Below are positions 1 to 7,989 of a DNA stretch of 64,000 nt, piece after piece. This DNA is from Candidatus Multivoradales bacterium. GTDB taxonomy: Bacteria > Acidobacteriota > Thermoanaerobaculia > Multivoradales > JAHEKO01. The notes beneath the pieces are model-generated. The model saw only the letters and a list, made by a program, of their open reading frames with translations. It was not told the origin of the DNA and made no database searches. The position numbers and the translations under genes were made by a program. Position 1 is the first letter of the stretch, and each line of letters starts with the position of its first letter. The stretch covers positions 896,001-960,000 of the forward strand of contig CBDCXM010000009.1 of the NCBI GenBank assembly GCA_965223855.1, in the 5' to 3' direction.

Positions 1-1405
1 CGAGGACGGTCGGCTCCCGTACTACCAGATGGGCAACAACGAGCATCACGCCGAGGTGTGGAAACTCGCCCACGAGACGCCGGGAGTGGTGACCCTCCAC
101 GACCTCGTCCTTCACCACCTGCTGATCGAGCTGACGCTGGCCGAGGAGAACTGGGACAGCTACGCCGCGCGGCTCGAGGCCGACCACGGCTGGCTCGGCC
201 GGGTGGTGGCGAAGGCACGCGAGTGGACCGAGCTCGGGCAGTCGGCGGTGTTCGGGCTGCCGGCCCATCGCACGCTGCTGCGGCGCCAGCGGGGGGTGGT
301 CGTGCACAGCCGCTGGGCAGCGGGGATGCTGGCGGAGTCCGACCCCGAGCTCGCCGTGCGGGTGGTGCCGATGGGGGTGCCGCTGCCCCAACTCGTCGAT
401 GCCGCGGCGGCGACCGTCTGGCGAGGGGAGAACGGAATTCCGGAGTCGGTGCCGCTCATCGGCTCGTTCGGCTTCCAGACGCCGATCAAGCGCACCGACA
501 AGGCGATCCTCGCCCTCGCCGAGCCGCGGCTCGAGGGGGTGCACCTGCTGATCGGCGGCGCGGTCTCGGAGAACCTCGACCTGATGGGGGTCGCCACCTC
601 GGCGGGGGTGGCCGAGCGGGTGCACTTCCTCGGCTTCCTGCCGTTCCAGCAGTTCGAGACCGCGATCTCGGCGTGCGACCTGTGCCTCAACCTGCGCTAC
701 CCGACCGCCGGGGAGACCTCGGCCTCGCTGCTGCGGATGCTGGCGCTCGGGCGGCCGGCGATCGTCTCCGACTACGCGCAGTTCGCCGAGCTGCCGGACG
801 AGGTGGCGGTCAAGGTACCGCTGGGAGACGACGAGGTGCCAGCGCTCGCGGCGGCGGTCGGCGAGCTGCTGGCGGACGCAGCGTGCCTCGAACGGATGGC
901 GGTCGCCGCTCGCGAGCACGTCGTTGCGGTGCACGATCCGGGGCGCGCGGCGGCGGCGGTGGTGGCGGCCTGTGCGGAGCTCGCGGACCTGGAACCGCCG
1001 GGCGACCGGCCGTTCGTCATGCCGCCGCCGACGAGCTTCCTCTATCGCTCGCTGCCCGGCCGGGTCGAGGTCGAGGGCGCCGAGGCGCCGTGGCCGGTCG
1101 GCGAGCGACGGCGGCTCGCGGTGCGGCTCCACAACGGCTCGATCGCCCGCTGGCTGTCGGCGGAGCACGAGGTCGGCGGCGTGATGATCGACGTCCACTG
1201 GCGCCGCGAGAGCAAGGGCGAGTCGGGCGAGCAGCACTGGTTGAAGCTGCCGCGCGACCTCGAGCCGGGGGAGTCGATCAACCTCGAGATCGAAGTGCGC
1301 CGACCGCTCGAGGACGCCCACCTGCTGGTGGTCGAGCCGCACCTGCGCGAGATCACCGGTTTCAACGCCATCGACGGGCCGTCGTGGATCGGAGAGGTGT
1401 CGTGA
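1..1405 (+). CDS. Glycosyltransferase family 4 (GT-B) with C-terminal Ig-like domain; 5'-truncated by window edge
   Basis: YQMGNNEHH and VTLHDLVLHH N-terminal motifs; GT4 C-lobe 'CDLCLNLRYPTAGETSASLLRMLALGRPAIVSD'; frame is open to the window start. Confidence 0.85.
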   Translation, partial: EDGRLPYYQMGNNEHHAEVWKLAHETPGVVTLHDLVLHHLLIELTLAEENWDSYAARLEADHGWLGRVVAKAREWTELGQSAVFGLPAHRTLLRRQRGVVVHSRWAAGMLAESDPELAVRVVPMGVPLPQLVDAAAATVWRGENGIPESVPLIGSFGFQTPIKRTDKAILALAEPRLEGVHLLIGGAVSENLDLMGVATSAGVAERVHFLGFLPFQQFETAISACDLCLNLRYPTAGETSASLLRMLALGRPAIVSDYAQFAELPDEVAVKVPLGDDEVPALAAAVGELLADAACLERMAVAAREHVVAVHDPGRAAAAVVAACAELADLEPPGDRPFVMPPPTSFLYRSLPGRVEVEGAEAPWPVGERRRLAVRLHNGSIARWLSAEHEVGGVMIDVHWRRESKGESGEQHWLKLPRDLEPGESINLEIEVRRPLEDAHLLVVEPHLREITGFNAIDGPSWIGEVS

Positions 1406-2697
1406 GCGAGCGCCCGAGCGATCTCGCCGGCTGGCGCGCTCTGTGGGAGAGCGACGGCCGTTTCCGGGTGGAGCGCGGCCCCGGTCTCAAGGGGTGGGTG
1501 GCGGCGGCGCTGCGACGACTGCTGCGGCCGCTGCTGGCGGCGCCGCTCGCCGATCTGTGGGACCGCCAGCGGGCCTACAACCTGGTCGTCCAGGAACAGC
1601 TCGAGGAGCGCTCGGCGGAGGCGGCGTCGCTCGCCGGACTGCGCGACGCGATCGACGGTCTCGGCGCCGACCTGCAGACGATCCAGAAGGAACTCGGCCG
1701 CGACCTGCGCAAGTCCGAGGCGCAGCTCGAGGAGGCGATCCGCAAGTCGGCGAAGGAGCTTCTCGACTACCTGCAGGCTCACGAGGACCAGATCCAGCGG
1801 ATGCTGCTGCTCGAGCAGGAGGGGTTCGACGAAGTCAAGCGCCACCACGAGGGGGTCTTCACGTTGCTCGAGCAGCGGATCGAGCAGTACCGGCGCTCGG
1901 CGGTCGAGCTGCGGGCGAAGCTGGTGAGCCTGCTGAAGGTGGCCGAAGCGGGAGGGGCACCGGCGCTCGAGGAGGCGGTCGGCGAGCAGGCGTATCTCGA
2001 GCTCGAGCGACGCCATCGCGGCACCGAGGAGGAGATCGTCGGTCGCATCGAGCCGTATCTCGGCTTCTTCCGCCCGCCGTCCCGGTTCGCCGGCAGCGGC
2101 GAGATCCTCGACCTCGGCTGCGGGCGCGGCGAGGCGCTGGCGGTTCTGGGAGAGCGCGGCCTGCCGGCGCGTGGCGTCGACTCGAATGCGGAGATGGTGG
2201 CGCGCTGCCGCGACAAGGGGCTCGAGGCCGAGGTCGGCGACCTGTTCGATGTCCTGCGCGCGGTGCCCGAGGGGAGCCTCGGCGGCGTGATCTCGTTCCA
2301 CGTCATCGAGCATCTGCCCGCGGAACTGCTCGAGCAGCTGGTGCTGCTGTCGTGGAAGGCGCTCGAGCCGGGCGGGGTGCTGGTGGTCGAGACGCCGAGC
2401 CCGCTGTCGGTGGTCGTCGGCGCCCGCAACTTCTGGCTCGACCCGACCCATCAGCGGCCGGTCCATCCCGAGAGCCTGGCGCTGCTGTTCGAGGAGGCAG
2501 GCTTCGAGGCGGTCGAACGCATCGACCGTCAGCCCTTCACGGCTGCCGACCGGTTGCCGGAGCTCGACACCGCCTCGTTCGAGGGCGAGGCGCGGCGGCT
2601 CGCGCACGACGTCAACGCGATCCGCGACCAGCTCGACGGTCTGCTCTACGGCTTCCAGGACTTCGGAATGGTGGGGCGCAAGAGCGCCCCCGCCTGA
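1402..2697 (+). CDS. Class I SAM-dependent methyltransferase with N-terminal coiled coil (glycan chain-terminator-like)
   Basis: GTG at 1402 overlaps the GT4 stop (GTGA); motif I 'ILDLGCGRGE', 'SFHVIEHL', 'FWLDPTHQRP'; long heptad-rich N-terminal half. Confidence 0.85.
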   Translation: MSERPSDLAGWRALWESDGRFRVERGPGLKGWVAAALRRLLRPLLAAPLADLWDRQRAYNLVVQEQLEERSAEAASLAGLRDAIDGLGADLQTIQKELGRDLRKSEAQLEEAIRKSAKELLDYLQAHEDQIQRMLLLEQEGFDEVKRHHEGVFTLLEQRIEQYRRSAVELRAKLVSLLKVAEAGGAPALEEAVGEQAYLELERRHRGTEEEIVGRIEPYLGFFRPPSRFAGSGEILDLGCGRGEALAVLGERGLPARGVDSNAEMVARCRDKGLEAEVGDLFDVLRAVPEGSLGGVISFHVIEHLPAELLEQLVLLSWKALEPGGVLVVETPSPLSVVVGARNFWLDPTHQRPVHPESLALLFEEAGFEAVERIDRQPFTAADRLPELDTASFEGEARRLAHDVNAIRDQLDGLLYGFQDFGMVGRKSAPA

Positions 2698-2700
2698 CGA

Positions 2701-4845
2701 ATGCCGCGCTCCCGCATGGCAGCCTCGAGCCGGGCGCTCCTGGTCGCCACCGCCGTCCTCGTGCTGGCGGCGTTCGGCTTCCTCGGCTCGCAGCGCGACG
2801 CGCTCGAGCGGGTCGTCGGCGACGAGGGGACCTTCCTCGCCATGACGCAGAGCCTGGCGCTCGACGGTGACTTCCTCTTCGGCGCGGCGGATCTGGCGCG
2901 GGCCGAAGCGACCGACGAACCGGGGCGCAGAGCGCTGATCCTGCAGCGCGCCGAGGGGCGGCTCAGCTACTCCAAGTCGTGGGTCTACCCGCTGCTGGCG
3001 GCACCTTTCTACCGGCTGGCGGGCGAGGGAGGGGTGGTGTTCTTCAACTTCCTCGCGCTGGCGTTGGCCGGCGCTCTGGCGTGGGGGTTCCTGTGCCGGC
3101 TCGGCTCCCGGCCGTCGGCGAGCTGGACCCTGCTCGTCTTCGTCGGCGCCTCGACGCTGCTGCCGCTGGCGGTCTACCGGATGAGCGATCTGTTGCAGGT
3201 CGCGCTCTCGCTGTCCGGCGGCGTGCTGGCACTGGCCGCCCTGAGGAGCGTGCCCGAGGGCGAGAGCGACTCGCGGCTCCAGCGGCTGCTGGCGAGCCGG
3301 TGGGCGCCGTGGATCGGCGGCGTGCTGCTGGGCCTCCTCGGTGTCGCCCGCTACCCCAACTTCGTGTTCCCCGCCGGAGTGACGCTGGCGCTGGTGGTCG
3401 CCGCCCGTTGGCGGCACGCCCTGGCGGTCGCTGTGGCGACCGCGGCCACGGCCGGAGTCCTTCTCGCAGCCGGTGAGCTGGCGACCGGCGCGGCGGTGCC
3501 GTACAAGGCGGAGCGCGCCACCTTCAACGAGGTCACCGGCTACCCGACGGCGGCCGCCGACGAGGTGGCGAATCGCGGCTTCGTCGAGCGGCGCGCCACC
3601 CAGAGGCTCGGCGCGCAGCCGCTCGTGAGGCCGAGCGTCTCCGCCTACGCGTCGCTCTACTTCTTCCTCGGCCGGCATACCGGGCTGCTGGTCTATTTCC
3701 CGGCGGTCGTCGCGCTGATGATCGCGGCACTCGGATGGCGCGCGCGCCCCGACCGCGTGACCTTCGCCCTCTATGCCACGCTGGCGGCGGCGTTCGTCTT
3801 CTTCGTCGTCTGGATGCCCGAGAACTACTTCGGCGGCGCGACCTTCGTCGGCAACCGCTACGCCGCCAGTCTCTATCCGCTCTTCCTGCTGGCGCTGCCG
3901 CGCCTGCCGGGGAGGCGCGCCCTCGCGGCGAGCGGCCTGCTGGCGGTGGCCGTCTGGGCCTCGGCGGCGGCGTCGGAGCTGGCGGTCGGCGAGCGCGCCC
4001 GCCACAGCCAGACTCACACCTTCGGCGGCCTCTTCCGGCTGTTGCCGTACGAATCGACCGGACGCAACATCGACGGCCGGCAGGACCGCTACTGGTCGGG
4101 CGACTTCGTCCGCTTCCAGGATCCGTTCGCGAAGGTCGGCGAGAGCTCGTGGAAACTCGCCGTCGGCGATCGGCCGAGCGAAGTGATGCTCGCCACGCAG
4201 CACCCGCAGAACAGCTTCGACCTCCTGGTGCACGCTCCGGGCGGAGACGTCGAGCTGGTGTACGGGGACTGGGCGGGCGAGGGGCGCTACCCGGTCGCCG
4301 CTCCAGGCGGACTCGTGCGGGTCGAAACCTCGGAGCCGTGGCGCCGCCACTCGTACTGGTTCCCGCAGTGGGAGATCTACGACACCCGGGTCGTGCGCCT
4401 CGCCGCCGAGGGCGACCAGGAGGGCGAGGTGGAGCTGCGCTACCTCGGCACGACCCTCGACGGCATGGCCACCACGCTCCTTCACGAGGTCGAGATACCG
4501 GCGGCGGTGACGGCGGGATCGACCGTGCCGCTGCACATCCGGGTGAGAAACATGAGCGACTACCCGTGGTACCAGCGCGGCGTCGTGCCGCTGCGCTGGG
4601 TGATTGACCTGCGGCCCGTCGACGGCACCGACCGCGACATCGGGGTGCCGGCGCGCGGGGTCTTCGATCTGCCGCACGACGTGGGCTCGGGAGATCCGGT
4701 GCTCCTCGAAGCGCCCGTCCTGTGGCCGACGGTGCCCGGCGACTACCGGGTGATCGTCGATCTCCAGTACGGCGACCTGATGCGCTTCGAGCAGCGCGCG
4801 GGGGCGCCGATGGTGGAAAGGAAGGTCGTCGTTGGCGCTCCGTAG
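2701..4845 (+). CDS. Polytopic membrane protein, probable GT-C-fold glycosyltransferase with C-terminal extracytoplasmic Ig-like domain
   Basis: 'GDEGTFLAM' DE motif after the first TM; about 10 hydrophobic segments; 'GNRY' motif; glycan-cluster context. Confidence 0.65.
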   Translation: MPRSRMAASSRALLVATAVLVLAAFGFLGSQRDALERVVGDEGTFLAMTQSLALDGDFLFGAADLARAEATDEPGRRALILQRAEGRLSYSKSWVYPLLAAPFYRLAGEGGVVFFNFLALALAGALAWGFLCRLGSRPSASWTLLVFVGASTLLPLAVYRMSDLLQVALSLSGGVLALAALRSVPEGESDSRLQRLLASRWAPWIGGVLLGLLGVARYPNFVFPAGVTLALVVAARWRHALAVAVATAATAGVLLAAGELATGAAVPYKAERATFNEVTGYPTAAADEVANRGFVERRATQRLGAQPLVRPSVSAYASLYFFLGRHTGLLVYFPAVVALMIAALGWRARPDRVTFALYATLAAAFVFFVVWMPENYFGGATFVGNRYAASLYPLFLLALPRLPGRRALAASGLLAVAVWASAAASELAVGERARHSQTHTFGGLFRLLPYESTGRNIDGRQDRYWSGDFVRFQDPFAKVGESSWKLAVGDRPSEVMLATQHPQNSFDLLVHAPGGDVELVYGDWAGEGRYPVAAPGGLVRVETSEPWRRHSYWFPQWEIYDTRVVRLAAEGDQEGEVELRYLGTTLDGMATTLLHEVEIPAAVTAGSTVPLHIRVRNMSDYPWYQRGVVPLRWVIDLRPVDGTDRDIGVPARGVFDLPHDVGSGDPVLLEAPVLWPTVPGDYRVIVDLQYGDLMRFEQRAGAPMVERKVVVGAP

Positions 4846-5392
4846 GGCCGCTGCCTTTCTGGTCGGGTGTTGCGCGCTCCTGGCGGACGGGAGCTTCGGC
4901 GAGGAGCGACGCTACTTCACCTCGCCCGAGCATTGGGACGAGCCACGCATGTTCCATCATGCCTTCGACGCCTGGTACGAGTCGCGGCTGGTCGTCGAGC
5001 CGGCACAGAGCGCGGAGGGCGATCTGCGACTGGTCTCTCCGAACGGCGGCTACGCGATCGTCGTCGTCGCGGCGGATTGGGAATCCGAGAATGGTGAGCT
5101 GCAGTCGCGGGCGTTTGTGCCCGACCTGTTGCTACATATCGATCGGGAACTCGAATCTCCTCTGGCGATCCGTCTCCTCGATCGCTATCCGAACTTCTAC
5201 GTTTCGGTGCGTTGGGTGTCGGAGAAGCTCGTTTTCGTGCGCGTGTGGTGGGGCCGGGTACTGGGGACCGACGCGATCCTGGATGTCGAGAGCGGCCGCT
5301 TCGTCTACCGCGAAATGGTCCAGAGCGGCATAGGGGCGTTCCTGCAGCATCAGCATCTGAGAGAGGGTCGGGACGGGTCGGACTCCAACTAG
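4832..5392 (+). CDS. Hypothetical exported protein
   Basis: Signal-peptide-like N-terminus, non-shadow amino-acid composition, overlaps the upstream stop. Confidence 0.6.
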   Translation: MALRRAAAFLVGCCALLADGSFGEERRYFTSPEHWDEPRMFHHAFDAWYESRLVVEPAQSAEGDLRLVSPNGGYAIVVVAADWESENGELQSRAFVPDLLLHIDRELESPLAIRLLDRYPNFYVSVRWVSEKLVFVRVWWGRVLGTDAILDVESGRFVYREMVQSGIGAFLQHQHLREGRDGSDSN

Positions 5393-5476
5393 GAAGGCCG
5401 ACTCTCCCGGCCATCGCGGGCAGGCTAGAATCGCCCATCGCTTCCTCCACCAGTCGCCGGGCCGCCTAGACCGCCG

Positions 5477-6916
5477 ATGCTGCGCTCGATCGTGATGCTG
5501 ATCCCGATCGCCGTCATGGCGGTGATCGTGTTCTTCGTCTTCACGGAGTCGATGCCGGAGGGCGGCATTCACAGTTGGGACGACTTCCTCCAGGTCGCCT
5601 TCTTCCCTCTGGCGATCGTCGCCATGGGGCTCGTCATGCTGCTCATCCGCTACTGGATGCGGCGGCGGCGCGAGACGGAGGCGGTGGCCGCGCCGATCCA
5701 GGAGGCGATCTCGAGCCGCGAGGCGAGCGGCGGCAAGTGCGGCTGCTGGGCCGGCGCGTGGATGTTCTTCCTGGCCGGCCTCGGCTTCAGCCTGGTCTTC
5801 ATCATTCCGGGGGTGAAGAACCTCCAGGCGCGTTCGTGGGCCGAGACCGACTGCGAGATCCTCAGGAGCTGGGTGCAGTCGCACTCGGGGGACGACGGGG
5901 GAACGACGTACAGCGTCGAGGTCGAGTACCGCTACACCTTCGACGGCGTCGAGTACCAGGGCGACCGGTACCAGTTCATGGGGGGGTCGTCGAGCGGTCA
6001 CAAGGGGAAGCGGAAGGTCGTCGACGCGCTACCCGAAGGGTCGACGACCACCTGCTGGGTCGATCCGGAGGAGCCGAGCGAATCGGTGCTCTATCGGGGG
6101 TGGTCGTGGGTCTATCTGATCGTCCTCTTCCCGATGGTGTTCGTGGTGGCGGGGGCGGTCGGCCTTTGGATCACCTGGAAATCGGGCCCCGACACACGCA
6201 CGGTGTCGCTCGGCGGCGAGTCGGGAGAAAGCAAGAACGGTCTCGAGGCCGTCTTCGCGGCCGACACCGACGGCCTGCCCGAGGTGCCTGCCGGCCCGAT
6301 GGAGCTGGAGGAGTCGGTCAGCCCGCTCGGCAAGCTCGCGATGCTCCTGTTCTTCACCGTGTTCTGGAACGGCATCGTCGGCGTCTTCCTCTTCGCCGGC
6401 TGGCACGAGTGGCAGCAGGGCGGCTCCTTCCCCGGCTGCATGGCGCTGTTCCTCCTGCCGTTCGTCATCATCGGCGTGCTGCTGCTGGTGAGCGTGCCCT
6501 ACCAGATCCTGGCGCTCGCCAATCCGCGGCCGCAGCTGCGGCTCGCCGAGGGCGGGGTGAGAGTCGGTGAGAGCACCAGCCTCGAATGGAGCTTCCGGGG
6601 CGCGGCCCACCGGATCCGTGACTTCCGGCTGGTGCTCGAAGGGAAGGAGTCGGCGACCTACACGATGGGGACCAACCGATCGACCGCCACGCGGGTCTTC
6701 GAGCGGCTCGAAGTGGCGTCGATCGACAGGGGGATGCTCGCCCACCAGGGAAGCGCCCGGATCGAGGTGCCCCAAGGAACGATGCACTCCTTCGACTTCG
6801 GCGACAACGAGATCTCGTGGAAGCTCAAGCTGCACGCGAAGATCCGCTGGTGGCCTGACGTCATTACCGAGTTCCCGTTCGTCGTACGGCCGCCGGAGAG
6901 GGGCTACCGTGGTTGA
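5477..6916 (+). CDS. DUF3592-domain membrane protein with C-terminal beta-sandwich
   Basis: 'SWAETDCEILRS..YSVEVEYRYTFDGVEY..CWVDPEEPSESVL' DUF3592 pattern; multiple TMs. Confidence 0.75.
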   Translation: MLRSIVMLIPIAVMAVIVFFVFTESMPEGGIHSWDDFLQVAFFPLAIVAMGLVMLLIRYWMRRRRETEAVAAPIQEAISSREASGGKCGCWAGAWMFFLAGLGFSLVFIIPGVKNLQARSWAETDCEILRSWVQSHSGDDGGTTYSVEVEYRYTFDGVEYQGDRYQFMGGSSSGHKGKRKVVDALPEGSTTTCWVDPEEPSESVLYRGWSWVYLIVLFPMVFVVAGAVGLWITWKSGPDTRTVSLGGESGESKNGLEAVFAADTDGLPEVPAGPMELEESVSPLGKLAMLLFFTVFWNGIVGVFLFAGWHEWQQGGSFPGCMALFLLPFVIIGVLLLVSVPYQILALANPRPQLRLAEGGVRVGESTSLEWSFRGAAHRIRDFRLVLEGKESATYTMGTNRSTATRVFERLEVASIDRGMLAHQGSARIEVPQGTMHSFDFGDNEISWKLKLHAKIRWWPDVITEFPFVVRPPERGYRG

Positions 6917-7292
6917 GCTCGAGATCAGGCTCGCGGACGGGCGCGCCCGCTACGCGCCGGGCGAAGCGATCCGCGGCACCGCCGAGTGGCGGGCGGCCGG
7001 CGACGTCGACGAGCTCGAGATCCGGCTGATCTGGTTCACCGAGGGCCGGGGAGACCGCGACGTCGCGATCCTCGACGAGGTGAAGATCGACACGCCCTCG
7101 CCGAGCGGCGAGCGCGACTTCGAGTTCGCCGCTCCCGATTCGCCGCTGTCGTTCTCCGGCCAGCTGATCACCCTGCAGTGGGCGGTCGAGCTCGTGGCAC
7201 TGCCGTCGCGCGAGGCGAAGCTCGCGCCGTTCGTCCTGAGCCACGGCGATCGGGAAATCGACATCCAGGCGGAGCCGCCGGAAGAGGCCTGA
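6909..7292 (+). CDS. Small arrestin-N/SpoOM-like beta-sandwich protein
   Basis: GTG at 6909 overlaps the upstream gene; 'YAPGEAIRG..LEIRLIWFTEGRG..PLSFSGQLITLQWAVEL'. Confidence 0.65.
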   Translation: MVELEIRLADGRARYAPGEAIRGTAEWRAAGDVDELEIRLIWFTEGRGDRDVAILDEVKIDTPSPSGERDFEFAAPDSPLSFSGQLITLQWAVELVALPSREAKLAPFVLSHGDREIDIQAEPPEEA

Positions 7293-7294
7293 GC

Positions 7295-7867
7295 TTGCGC
7301 GCCGCCGACAACCCCTATCGCGTCAGCCGCACCGACGCGCTCGAGTACCGCGCTACGGGCTTCTGCTGGTCGGCGCTGCTCGAGCGGCTCGCCGCGAGCG
7401 GCGGTCGTGGAGCGATTCGCGGCCCGCACGGCAGCGGCAAGTCGACCCTGTTGCGGGGGCTCGCTCCGCGCCTGCGCGAGCAGGGAGCCGCCGTCCACCA
7501 CCTGCGGCCCGACCCCGATGACATCGAACGGGCGGAGCGCCAGCTCGCTCGCCTCGAGAGCACGATCGCAGAGGGCGACGCCGTACTGCTCGACGGCGCC
7601 GACCGGCTCCCGGCACGCCGCTGGCGCCGGCTCCAGGCGGCCGCCGCGCCGGCGGCGTGGCTGGTGGTGACGACCCACCGCCGCGGCCGGCTGCCGACAC
7701 TCCACCGCTGCCGACCGACGGTCGAGCTCCTCGCCGGGCTGCTGACGGAGCTCGACGCCGAAGCCGCCCACGACGCTCGCGGGCTCTTCCGCCGGCACGG
7801 CGGCGACCTGCGGGCGGCGCTCAGGGAGTGCTTCGACGCCGCGGCCCGCAGTTCGGCGGCTCGCTAG
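7295..7867 (+). CDS. Small P-loop ATPase (AAA/Hda-like)
   Basis: TTG 2 nt after the upstream stop; 'DNPY', Walker A GPHGSGKST, Walker B 'VLLDGAD', 'GGDLRAALR' lid. Confidence 0.75.
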   Translation: MRAADNPYRVSRTDALEYRATGFCWSALLERLAASGGRGAIRGPHGSGKSTLLRGLAPRLREQGAAVHHLRPDPDDIERAERQLARLESTIAEGDAVLLDGADRLPARRWRRLQAAAAPAAWLVVTTHRRGRLPTLHRCRPTVELLAGLLTELDAEAAHDARGLFRRHGGDLRAALRECFDAAARSSAAR

Positions 7868-7989
7868 GGCTCACAAACAGCGCCCGACGCTGCCCGGTTC
7901 GACCCTATTGAACAGGCCATAAGCAAGCGGCTGCGGGCCTGCTACGTTGCCGGCATCGAGAGAATGTCGGTTCCGGAGGTCGAGGCGGC

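Noticed and set aside
58-1401. N-terminal extensions in the ORF track (879-aa MTase; likewise 15809-17572, 28685-30205, 45339-45959, 55335-56831, 54090-55436)
   Set aside because: Extensions overlap other real genes and are low-complexity; true starts were reassigned using overlaps, RBS or -10 boxes
1042-4677. Very long antisense/alternate-frame ORFs (1211 aa here; also 7942-10092, 47209-49620, 30187-32184 and others)
   Set aside because: Shadow ORFs of high-GC coding DNA: Arg/Pro/Ala-rich, motif-free, and opposite or overlapping well-supported genes
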